A stretch of DNA of 60,358 bases from the IMG/VR virus record IMGVR_UViG_3300020439_001546, positions 1-60,358 of that record; one strand, written 5' to 3'. Shown in pieces: positions 47,922 to 55,372 of the stretch; the first letter of the stretch is position 1, and every line of letters starts with the position of its first letter. The stretch is from a virus. Lineage: Duplodnaviria; Caudoviricetes. The notes under the pieces were generated by a model that did not search any database, was not told the origin of the DNA, and saw only the letters and a program-made list of their open reading frames with translations. Position numbers and translations under genes: made by a program.

Positions 47922-48615
47922 AATAACTGTTTATAATATACCTCGTGTCTACCCAGCCATCGACTTGATGAAACTTGTCTGCTGCTCTTGAAATGGTGTA
48001 GTCATTTCCACCTTGCTGACACCTATCACCGAAGAAAACCGTGTCATCTGTCATACGGTCTATGACTTGACTCTTATCTTTTCCTTTTGGGTAAATGTCT
48101 ATGCTGATTTCCCCACCAATATCGAACTGTAGCCTTGGATACCTCAATGAAAGCCAGTCTATATTTTTCTGTCTTTCGTTGGTAGCACCGTCCCAGAGTG
48201 CATACGCCTTTCTTTGGTCTGGAGTCGCTGTTCTTCCTATGGTGGAAAAATTTGCCATACCTGCACGTTCTTCAATATTTTCTTTGGCTTTACCAAACCA
48301 AGGACTTTTCTCGGCTAAGATTAAAAGATCAAGTCTTAGATGTGCTGAGATTCGCCATTGTGATTCGTATATTAAAGAGTTACGGACGAACAGTTGATTA
48401 CCACAGTTTTGATAGACTCCGTTCATTAGTCGGTATAAAGAGATTCCGATCTGTTCTACGGTCTTTCTTTTGTCTGATCCCGTTACTAAAAAAACTTCAT
48501 CACCCTTATCCTGTGAGCGGACGACCCACTCGCCAAAGTATTTGGAAAAATCTGGATTGACTGGTTCTCTGGGGTTGGTGAGAGTTCCATCTACATCAAA
48601 TAAAAACTGCGTCAT
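47914..48615 (-). CDS. HAD-IIB phosphomannomutase (eukaryote-type PMM)
   Basis: 'LFDVDGTLT', 'VTGSD', 'IEER.GM.NFS.IGR', 'GGEISID', 'FFGD...GGNDY'. Confidence 0.88.
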   Translation of the reverse strand: MTQFLFDVDGTLTNPREPVNPDFSKYFGEWVVRSQDKGDEVFLVTGSDKRKTVEQIGISLYRLMNGVYQNCGNQLFVRNSLIYESQWRISAHLRLDLLILAEKSPWFGKAKENIEERAGMANFSTIGRTATPDQRKAYALWDGATNERQKNIDWLSLRYPRLQFDIGGEISIDIYPKGKDKSQVIDRMTDDTVFFGDRCQQGGNDYTISRAADKFHQVDGWVDTRYIINSYYA

Positions 48616-48797
48616 AACTTTTTAAATATCTCTACGAAAAAATTTATCAGAAATGGCTGGAAAAATATTATAGCCAAGATGACCACTACAAATATAAAAC
48701 CTCCCCAATCTGTCTCTTCTCTGCGATTCACAGTCTCAAGCCAGCGGTCGTAATCACGCTTGGGGTTAGTCTTCGGCGGCTGGTAAGGGTTCTTCAT
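48612..48797 (-). CDS. small membrane protein
   Basis: 'NPYQPP' N-terminus (common in planctomycete membrane proteins) plus a TM helix. Confidence 0.65.
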   Translation of the reverse strand: MKNPYQPPKTNPKRDYDRWLETVNRREETDWGGFIFVVVILAIIFFQPFLINFFVEIFKKL

Positions 48798-49071
48798 TTA
48801 GCTTTTTGAAGTTAGAGGCAAATTCCTTAAACAGCTTGATACCTTCTTCTCTGCTCGTCTGCCTTGCTATTATTTCCATTTCTCTTGGAGCCATTTCAAC
48901 AAAACTCTCCATTGTCATCTGAAGGTCTGTGATGACACGTTGGTTATCTGCATACATCGAAGTCTGTTGACGAATCCTTTTGTCTAAAGAGTATGTTTCC
49001 CAACAGAGTAATCCTAAAAAGGCCAGCAATACAAAATTAAATTTAGTACTTATATTAGGTTTATCATTCAC
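48766..49071 (-). CDS. membrane-anchored coiled-coil protein
   Basis: N-terminal TM, GTG start. Confidence 0.6.
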   Translation of the reverse strand: MNDKPNISTKFNFVLLAFLGLLCWETYSLDKRIRQQTSMYADNQRVITDLQMTMESFVEMAPREMEIIARQTSREEGIKLFKEFASNFKKLNEEPLPAAED

Positions 49072-49184
49072 TTCTTTCTCCTTTTAATGACTTTGTTTTC
49101 TTCGTGCCTCAGAAGGAGGAACATCAGAGCCGCTATAGTTATCTCGATAGTCCATGCCAAAAGGCCAGCTTTTACTGCATCCAT
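49068..49184 (-). CDS. small membrane protein (38 aa, not in ORF track)
   Basis: MDAVKAGLLAWTIEITIAALMFLLLRHEENKVIKRRKK, with TAATG and GTGA couplings on each side. Confidence 0.6.
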   Translation of the reverse strand: MDAVKAGLLAWTIEITIAALMFLLLRHEENKVIKRRKK

Positions 49185-49465
49185 TATGTAAACTTAAAAA
49201 CTAAGTAGCCAACGATTACAGCGGCAATAATTAAAAAGAGCCATTTTCTTTTTGATGCAACTGCATAAATCTTTTCTTTAAGTGCATTTATTTTTTCAAG
49301 GCGATAACTCCTCTTGGCTTCTAGTTTCTTTCGCCTCTCTTCCCAGCGTTGGCGGCGAAGTTCAAGTCTTTCCTCTCGCTTGGTTTTTTCCTCTGGCGTT
49401 TCATTTTCTGGGGCTACCTCTAGGTCATCACCACCTCGGACAAAATCTAGTATCCATTTTATCAT
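49184..49465 (-). CDS. charged protein with C-terminal TM anchor
   Basis: R/E/K-rich helix and terminal TM. Confidence 0.65.
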   Translation of the reverse strand: MIKWILDFVRGGDDLEVAPENETPEEKTKREERLELRRQRWEERRKKLEAKRSYRLEKINALKEKIYAVASKRKWLFLIIAAVIVGYLVFKFT

Positions 49466-49472
49466 TACCTAT

Positions 49473-49718
49473 CTATTTATTCTCCTCATAATTTTGTTTG
49501 TTGTCTTCGTAATATTTTCTGTTTTCTAATACAGAAGTTGCCTCATGCTCATGCTTGAAGTAATGCTTGAATTGTTTGTACAGTGCCTTGACTTGTTCAA
49601 ACGCTTCATTCTCGTCAATCTTACCTCCCTGTTCTAAGTCGCAGATGATTGACATCTGTATACTAAAGGCTCTAAACGGATCGTCATACTTTTCAAACTT
49701 GAATTTACTCATCTCCAA
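49473..49718 (-). CDS. small conserved hypothetical protein
   Basis: 'IICDLEQGGKI...EAFEQVKALYKQ' resembles a small family seen in cyanobacteria and their phages. Confidence 0.6.
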   Translation of the reverse strand: MEMSKFKFEKYDDPFRAFSIQMSIICDLEQGGKIDENEAFEQVKALYKQFKHYFKHEHEATSVLENRKYYEDNKQNYEENK

Positions 49719-50962
49719 CCTTCACGCAACACTCTTAGTGCATTGCCTCCTAAAAATTTAGATATAATTTCATCTGAATACTTTTGTTCTCCACCCTTGC
49801 CTGTTAAACACTTCAAATACTTGGTGATCCTCGGTAGTTCTGACATATCTGTGATCTCGTCTGGCGGATCAGTAAAGCCGTCAAAGTCTGTCCCAATACC
49901 AATAATGTCTGAACCTCCGATCTTCATAGCATGTTCCAGAGTTCTCTCAATGTACTTGATACCAAGAGGTGTGTCAATGGGGCTTATCCAATAGTTCATA
50001 AAGATAACACCGAGAACTCCACCGTGAGTAGCAAACCATTGTAGCTCCCAGTCGTGTAGGTTGTACGGGTCTGGATTAATCTCAAATACTCCAGAGTGAC
50101 TGCTTATAACTCGATTCTGTCTGTCCCCAACTATATCGTAGACTTCGGCTCTAGCCTTTGGCGTACAGTGTGCAATGTCAATAATCATCTTGAGGTCACA
50201 CATACGTTCCACAACCTTCTTACCGATTGGTGAGAGGCCAACATTCATATCCCAAGCACCCATGAGGTATTTCCAGTTGTTTCTTTTTATTCCGTAGTTA
50301 GGGTACGGAAAGACTGGATGTGCCACTAGATTCGGATAGAAGTGAGCGAGCGTCAGATAAGCTACTCCCCTCTCGGCAAAATAATCTAAGTGCTGTAATA
50401 TCTCGGTTTCCTTTACCTTCATGTCTGAAGAAGTCTCGCAATCAATCCCCTGTAAACTGTGACCACCTTCTATGGAGTGAATCATAGCAATATGGTTGCC
50501 TTCGAGACATTGAGAAAGCTCCTGATTATTTTTAACCATACAGATCAACGGCTTCTGCCCATTACCAGATTTAGTGGGTATGTTTTTGTTGTATTCGGTT
50601 ATCTGATCCTCCATGTCATTCATCATGTTGACGGTAGCATCAAAATAAAACGGGTCAAATACCCTCCTCCTAACTTCTGGTGCTAATGCTAACGCCCACT
50701 TAACAAGACTCTGATCCTCTAGCCATTCCCTCTCTGGAATATAACAAGTGGATAAAACAATGTCTACACCCCCTTGCTCCAAAAGTGGAAAGGTGGAACG
50801 CTGACTTAGAGGCCAAAACGCTCTCTTGAAAAGTCCTGCTAAAAACTTAGTTTTGCTTTTAGATAAGTCCCTGTCAAGTAAAAACCTTTTTAGCACAGCA
50901 TGGTTGTGTAGATCAACTACAGTAGAATTTTTATGTAAGTCTTGCCAGTTCATTTTAATCAC
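49709..50962 (-). CDS. membrane dipeptidase family M19 (amidohydrolase)
   Basis: 'VDLHNH', 'SIEG', 'YLTLAH', 'IDIAH', 'SSH', 'IGIGTDFDG', 'LGGNALRV'. Confidence 0.9.
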   Translation of the reverse strand: MIKMNWQDLHKNSTVVDLHNHAVLKRFLLDRDLSKSKTKFLAGLFKRAFWPLSQRSTFPLLEQGGVDIVLSTCYIPEREWLEDQSLVKWALALAPEVRRRVFDPFYFDATVNMMNDMEDQITEYNKNIPTKSGNGQKPLICMVKNNQELSQCLEGNHIAMIHSIEGGHSLQGIDCETSSDMKVKETEILQHLDYFAERGVAYLTLAHFYPNLVAHPVFPYPNYGIKRNNWKYLMGAWDMNVGLSPIGKKVVERMCDLKMIIDIAHCTPKARAEVYDIVGDRQNRVISSHSGVFEINPDPYNLHDWELQWFATHGGVLGVIFMNYWISPIDTPLGIKYIERTLEHAMKIGGSDIIGIGTDFDGFTDPPDEITDMSELPRITKYLKCLTGKGGEQKYSDEIISKFLGGNALRVLREGWR

Positions 50963-51449
50963 CTATGTATTCATGGGAGTAGCAGACACGAAGTGATAGC
51001 GACTCCTTCACCATATTATTATAGTTCTTTTTTCTATTTAGATTGTCTGGTCTAGCCTTACCGTTTTTACTGGTTGGTCGCCAGACATCCTCTCTATTCC
51101 TGTACTCTCCTAGTTTTATATTTGCGGTTTTTGAAAAGAACCTTTTATCTTCTAATCTTAGAATTTTACCTATACACTCCGACATCCTGTTGCCGATACC
51201 CATACCCTGATAGTCGGAGAGGACAACAAGTCTATGTTCTCGCCAAGCGTTCTTTAAAGAACCACTAGGCATAGCTAAAACTGAATTAAACGCTACGGGA
51301 TTTCCCCATAGATACGCAACCCAACATCTAGCCGCTTTGTTCAGTGAGTCTCCTAAATAGTGATGCTTTTTAAATAATGCCCAGTATCTTTCCTTTAAGT
51401 CTTTTGGTATTTCGTATACTTCTAATTCTATGGCTGGTCTTTTGAACAT
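50955..51449 (-). CDS. GNAT acetyltransferase (Mom-like/ABC-associated)
   Basis: 'F..HHYL' and motif A 'HRLVVLSDYQGMGIG'. Confidence 0.85.
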   Translation of the reverse strand: MFKRPAIELEVYEIPKDLKERYWALFKKHHYLGDSLNKAARCWVAYLWGNPVAFNSVLAMPSGSLKNAWREHRLVVLSDYQGMGIGNRMSECIGKILRLEDKRFFSKTANIKLGEYRNREDVWRPTSKNGKARPDNLNRKKNYNNMVKESLSLRVCYSHEYIGD

Positions 51450-52066
51450 CAGAGTATTTCTATCCTCGCTACTTTTCTTAGTAACTGTCTTGGGTCGTCG
51501 TTTACAAAACGTTCTCCACTGTCGCAGTCAAAAACCCAATCGGGTTCTATCCATTCTACTATGTCTTTGTGGCAAGAAGATAAAACTACACCTGTAATGT
51601 CTTTACTTCTGATGTATTTACTTAGGGAGACTGAAAGGCTCTTGGCTGTCTCTCTGTTTACTTCAGATGTAAACTCGTCTAGTATCATACCAGTTCCTAG
51701 CTTTCTAGCTACAATGGCACGATATTTTTCGCCGTTACTAAGGACATGAAATGGCTTGCATAAGGTGGGTACTGATGCTAACCCACACGCAAATAGCTTT
51801 TCAATAGCTTCTTCTGGAGTTTCAAAATGTGAAACAATCGCCTTATTCTTTAACCAGATGTTTTGTTTGGCTGTCACCCTAAAATGATTATGTAATATTT
51901 GGGTTTTACCACTACCGCTAGCTCCCACAATCATCCCTATATTAAACTCTTTTGGGCAGGAGAAATCTGGTATCTCCGTAGTAATTGTTCCGTCAAACTC
52001 TAGGTCGAACGCTTGAGCTACTTTCTCGGTAAATTTATCCGGTTCTATACTGACAGTTAATTTCAT
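51449..52066 (-). CDS. soluble ABC-type ATPase
   Basis: Walker A 'GASGSGKT', signature 'LSNGEKYR', Walker B 'ILDEF', H-loop 'SCH'. No permease nearby. Confidence 0.88.
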   Translation of the reverse strand: MKLTVSIEPDKFTEKVAQAFDLEFDGTITTEIPDFSCPKEFNIGMIVGASGSGKTQILHNHFRVTAKQNIWLKNKAIVSHFETPEEAIEKLFACGLASVPTLCKPFHVLSNGEKYRAIVARKLGTGMILDEFTSEVNRETAKSLSVSLSKYIRSKDITGVVLSSCHKDIVEWIEPDWVFDCDSGERFVNDDPRQLLRKVARIEIL

Positions 52067-52092
52067 GCTTATCTCCTAATTTCGGCTATATT

Positions 52093-52121
52093 ATTATAGC
52101 TTAGTATCGTCTATTTGTCAA
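52093..52121 (-). promoter_or_regulatory. phage promoter
   Basis: TTGACA-AATAGACGATACTAAGC-TATAAT (17-nt spacer). Confidence 0.8.
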
Positions 52122-52125
52122 CAGG

Positions 52126-52299
52126 TTATTCTGTTTTTTTAGAAATGTTATTGGGTTTTTCGCAACCATGCTTCTCATAAGCCCAGATAGCTTCAGAAAG
52201 AAATTTTCTATTTACAATGTTACCCTGTTCGATATGTTTATTGATTCTGTCTGCTAGACATCTAAGCATATCATTGTCTATTGTTATACTTCTAAGCAT
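52126..52299 (-). CDS. small hypothetical protein (57 aa, not in ORF track)
   Basis: MLRSITIDNDMLRCLADRINKH...KKTE, with a GAGGG RBS. Confidence 0.55.
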   Translation of the reverse strand: MLRSITIDNDMLRCLADRINKHIEQGNIVNRKFLSEAIWAYEKHGCEKPNNISKKTE

Positions 52300-52312
52300 C
52301 TTTTACCCTCTC

Positions 52313-52762
52313 TCATTGTAGATAATTGCCTCCCTGTAGTTTGTTCAATATATTCTCTAGCGTTTCTGCTTGAAAGAGGTTTGATGAGGCAAAAGCCCTG
52401 ATTGATTGGTCAACCTCACGTTGGTCTTTTTCGATTTGCTCAAAGGTGTGAGGAACATCATCATCCTCAATGACATCTTCCGATAAAAGCATACCTGATA
52501 TTGCTGACCTACTAGGCGGCTTGACTTCCCTCCCTTCCATTAGATTTAATATTTGAATCATGAGGTCGGCATTGTATGAGTCGGTGGCAGCGGCAATTCC
52601 CAAACTGTGAATTTGCTTTGTATTCCAATCTACAATTCTTTCCAATTCGTCTTCGTGATCGTCAGAAGCTGTCCATTGACCAGCGTAATAAGAGCCAAAG
52701 ATAAATGACCAATAGATAATCCAACCAAAAATAATTTGTGCTATTGTATAGTTATGTTTCAT
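52313..52762 (-). CDS. membrane-anchored hypothetical protein
   Basis: N-terminal TM and acidic helical body. Confidence 0.65.
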   Translation of the reverse strand: MKHNYTIAQIIFGWIIYWSFIFGSYYAGQWTASDDHEDELERIVDWNTKQIHSLGIAAATDSYNADLMIQILNLMEGREVKPPSRSAISGMLLSEDVIEDDDVPHTFEQIEKDQREVDQSIRAFASSNLFQAETLENILNKLQGGNYLQ

Positions 52763-53002
52763 TTATTTCTCCTGATGTTTTGTTGGCCTGTTAGACCATC
52801 CAAACAAGTGACACGATAAAAATCCAGCAGTAAATCCTGCGAGAAAAGTTCTGTTTGTATGAGCATCACCAATACCTAGCCATGTGTGAATGGAATTGGA
52901 CAGGGTATATTCTGTTCCGACAAAAAGAAATACCAATATATCGGCAACTGTCCAGATCAATGCGGTCATCAAAATAATTCCCGCTAGTAGGTTTTTACTC
53001 AT
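52763..53002 (-). CDS. small two-TM membrane protein
   Basis: Two hydrophobic helices and 'GFLSCHLF'. Confidence 0.7.
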   Translation of the reverse strand: MSKNLLAGIILMTALIWTVADILVFLFVGTEYTLSNSIHTWLGIGDAHTNRTFLAGFTAGFLSCHLFGWSNRPTKHQEK

Positions 53003-53277
53003 TTGTCAACTCCTTCATCAGCTTCAACAACTTGGTCAAGCATTTTTTTAGCAACTAAAAGATCATTAGATGAGATACATTCAATAACCTGCCTAAGTAT
53101 CTCTCTTCTAAACTCTGGCTGAGTATTGATTCTCTCAGTAACGGTCAAATTAAATGATTTGCCTATTTGATCTACTGCGTTATAAACAATGTTAGCCAGT
53201 TTTCTCTTTAAAGCCTTGATTTCATCCTGTAAATCTTTGACTCGAAATTCGAGATCTCTTACTCTTGCGTCACTCAT
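52999..53277 (-). CDS. coiled-coil hypothetical protein
   Basis: 92 aa with strong RBS. Confidence 0.65.
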   Translation of the reverse strand: MSDARVRDLEFRVKDLQDEIKALKRKLANIVYNAVDQIGKSFNLTVTERINTQPEFRREILRQVIECISSNDLLVAKKMLDQVVEADEGVDK

Positions 53278-53287
53278 TTGTCAACTC

Positions 53288-54214
53288 CTAATATCCCATA
53301 CTTAATTCTTGTGCTTGTTGTGTAAGTTCGACACCCGCTAAAGCACGAATCGCTGCGTCTTTGGACTTGAGTTCTATGTCCCAATCGTACTGGTCACTAC
53401 ATGGCCTGTCTGTTGGCATGTCTGCATGACTGCGTGGGTTGGTCTTATCAGGATGCGACTCGCTGTAATGAAACAGAGGTCGAACATTCCAAGTGGCAGC
53501 ACACTGGTGCATACAAGCGTCTGAGTCTGTCTCTGATGGATTGCACTTGTCGTGCAGGTTGTCAAAGGTAATAGGTAAACGGAAATACTTGAGTAGATTG
53601 TCTACGTTCCAGCAACCTTTGTCCTCGTTCTCTAAAACCAGTCGGCTAGTCACAGCCTGACTGCACTGGTTTAGGCGAGACATGAAGCGAGCGGCGATGT
53701 CAGCAAGGTCGCCCTTGGTACAGTTGACATGGATATTCATAGGATTGTAATAGCTACGCTCACAACCTAGCTGATCCATAACCCAGCCGTGGTGGTTGAG
53801 TTCTAGGATGGTCTTGTCTACTGATGCTTGGTTCTCACTAGCAAGCACATTGAATTGATCTGGGTGTGCAGATAGACGCACATCCCAGAAGTTGTTGTTT
53901 TCCCATGCGGTATCGTTAAAGGTCTGCATAATAGCTTCATACTGAGGTACGTCTGAGATGTCATAGCCGAACTCAGGATGCGTCAGGACAGGAAACAGGT
54001 TGCTTGACACACGATAACCCCATCGGTTCTCCCAGCAGTGCAAGATAGCAAGTCTTGTAACCTGCACGTTATTAAGCCAGCGTGAGCCTAGCTCGTTTAG
54101 TGCGTGAGAGATACTGAACCTGCTACACAGGTCGTTATAACGCTTCCATGTCATGGTCTGGAAGGAGTGGCCTTGTGCTTTGAGTTCGTTACTGATACAA
54201 CATAAATTATACAT
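53288..54214 (-). CDS. uvsE: UV damage endonuclease
   Basis: 'YRVSSNLFP', 'RLSAHPDQF', 'NIH', 'LENED', 'FDNLH', 'HYSES', 'HAD', 'ELKSKD'. Confidence 0.93.
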   Translation of the reverse strand: MYNLCCISNELKAQGHSFQTMTWKRYNDLCSRFSISHALNELGSRWLNNVQVTRLAILHCWENRWGYRVSSNLFPVLTHPEFGYDISDVPQYEAIMQTFNDTAWENNNFWDVRLSAHPDQFNVLASENQASVDKTILELNHHGWVMDQLGCERSYYNPMNIHVNCTKGDLADIAARFMSRLNQCSQAVTSRLVLENEDKGCWNVDNLLKYFRLPITFDNLHDKCNPSETDSDACMHQCAATWNVRPLFHYSESHPDKTNPRSHADMPTDRPCSDQYDWDIELKSKDAAIRALAGVELTQQAQELSMGY

Positions 54215-54248
54215 ACTTGTCTCCTGTCAAATGGTTAATCGTCACTGT

Positions 54249-54291
54249 ATTATAGTATACCTATCGGTAGATGTCAATAGGTATCTTTAGA
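54249..54291 (-). promoter_or_regulatory. phage promoter for uvsE
   Basis: TCTAAAGA..TTGACA-17 (contains CCGAT)-TATAAT. Confidence 0.8.
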
Positions 54292-54304
54292 TTATTTTAA
54301 ATAT

Positions 54305-54600
54305 TTCCGTACCGACTCCACATTATACCTATGAAGAACTTTAAAAGCCCTCGGTGGGTATAAGTAGTGTTAGTAAGCAGTATGGTCTTCTATGCTAGTG
54401 GATTCTCAATACTAATTTCGCAACTATGCTTCTTCATAGGACTTGGTTGACAGTGGTGGGTCATTGCCAAGATTTAATTTTTGCCATACCTCGGAACGGT
54501 CGGACGCTCTCCAGTAACTTACTCTCTTACAACGGGTCAGGAACGCAAGACTGCACCCAGTTACGTCTTTATACAATTTTTTGCAAGCCGATGATACTGA
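54305..54600 (-). ncRNA. candidate structured non-coding RNA (unassigned)
   Basis: No sense-strand ORF. 11-bp helix CCTATGAAGAA/TTCTTCATAGG plus several nested hairpins, downstream of the tRNA array. Confidence 0.4.
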
Positions 54601-54631
54601 ACTACCATTATCATCTAATCATAATTATTAA

Positions 54632-54716
54632 TCTCGATGGAGGGGATCGAACCCTCACTCCCAATATGGGAACCGGATTTTAAGTCCGATGCGTCTGCCT
54701 ATTCCGCCACATCGAG
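54632..54716 (-). tRNA. tRNA-Leu (anticodon UAA)
   Basis: Acceptor CTCGATG/CATCGAG, anticodon loop CTTAAAA, long variable arm, TTCGA T-loop. CCA not encoded. Confidence 0.93.
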
Positions 54717-54721
54717 TATAG

Positions 54722-54793
54722 TATTCCCACAGGGAATCGAACCCCGATCTACGGTTTAGAAGACCGTTGCTTTATCCGTTAAGCTATGGGAAC
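54722..54793 (-). tRNA. tRNA-Arg (anticodon UCU)
   Basis: Acceptor GTTCCCA/TGGGAAT, anticodon arm ACGGT-CTTCTAA-ACCGT. Confidence 0.93.
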
Positions 54794-54798
54794 ATAAG

Positions 54799-54871
54799 TC
54801 CGGTAGGGTGGAATCGAACCACCGACTCCCGCTTTATAAGAACGACGCTCTAACCCCTGAGCTACTACCGG
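54799..54871 (-). tRNA. tRNA-Ile (anticodon UAU)
   Basis: Acceptor CCGGTAG/CTACCGG, anticodon loop CTTATAA, T arm GGTGG-TTCGATT-CCACC. Confidence 0.9.
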
Positions 54872-54961
54872 ATGATGAGGTTAATCGCCCTGATGATTCT
54901 CAGCCCGTTGCACCTTTAAGCAACCGAACACTTAGTGAGAACAGCGGTGTCTCCAACAATT

Positions 54962-55003
54962 ATTATATTCAATCTTTCGGTATTTGTCAACCGGTTCTTT
55001 AGA
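54962..55003 (-). promoter_or_regulatory. phage promoter for the tRNA-Ile/Arg/Leu operon
   Basis: TCTAAAGA..TTGACA-17-TATAAT. Confidence 0.82.
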
Positions 55004-55012
55004 TAATTAGAT

Positions 55013-55045
55013 AAAAAAAGCCAGCTTTGGTAACAAGGTGCTGGC
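55013..55045 (-). terminator. intrinsic terminator ending the tmRNA transcript
   Basis: GCCAGC...GCTGGC stem followed by T7. Confidence 0.8.
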
Positions 55046-55291
55046 AAGACCCCGTGACCTACGAATAGGTCAGTCGGCCACCTAAGCGGCCATTGCGTAA
55101 TTCTCTACGCCATTTAAAGTTGTGATAGATTTTTAACGTAGCCCTTCTATCAACTACGACATGCAGTCATTACATCCACAACCAGTCGAACCCAGATCGC
55201 CCCCGTAGTTTGGTAAGTGGAGGCGGGGAGAATCGAACTCCCGTCCTGCATTGATTCAGCAATAACATCTACATGCTTATGCCCGAAGGCA
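55020..55291 (-). ncRNA. ssrA: circularly permuted (two-piece) tmRNA; tag (A)GVENYAMAA
   Basis: The acceptor piece (about 55291-55218: TAAGCATGTAG...GGAC-GGGAG-TTCGATT-CTCCC-CGCCTCC-A) precedes the coding piece (from 55204: GGGGGCG..TTCGAC..GCATG). It has a G3.U70 pair, pk1 (CGTAG/CTACG, TGATAGA/TCTATCA) and a tag frame at 55111-55082. Confidence 0.93.
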
Positions 55292-55292
55292 G

Positions 55293-55365
55293 TACCCCGT
55301 AGGAGAATTGAACTCCTGTCTTCAGGATGAAAACCTGATGTCCTAGTCCACTAGACGAACGGGGC
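55293..55365 (-). tRNA. tRNA-Glu (anticodon UUC)
   Basis: Acceptor GCCCCGT/ACGGGGT, anticodon arm TCAGG-TTTTCAT-CCTGA. Confidence 0.92.
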
Positions 55366-55372
55366 GGTGATA

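Noticed and set aside
54534-54558. SRP RNA-like motif GGGTCAGG-AAC-GCAA-GAC-TGCACCC on the plus strand
   Set aside because: The stem flanking the GNRA loop does not pair, the AGCAG element is altered, and it lies opposite to the direction of transcription.
54885-54915. TPP riboswitch-like GGTGC...CTGAGA
   Set aside because: The P2 partner and the 3' half of the aptamer (CCTGAT...AGCGTAGGGA) are missing, and the downstream gene is a tRNA.
54426-55002. Plus-strand ORFs 54426..54683 and 54808..55002
   Set aside because: They overlap tRNA genes and a promoter on the opposite strand.
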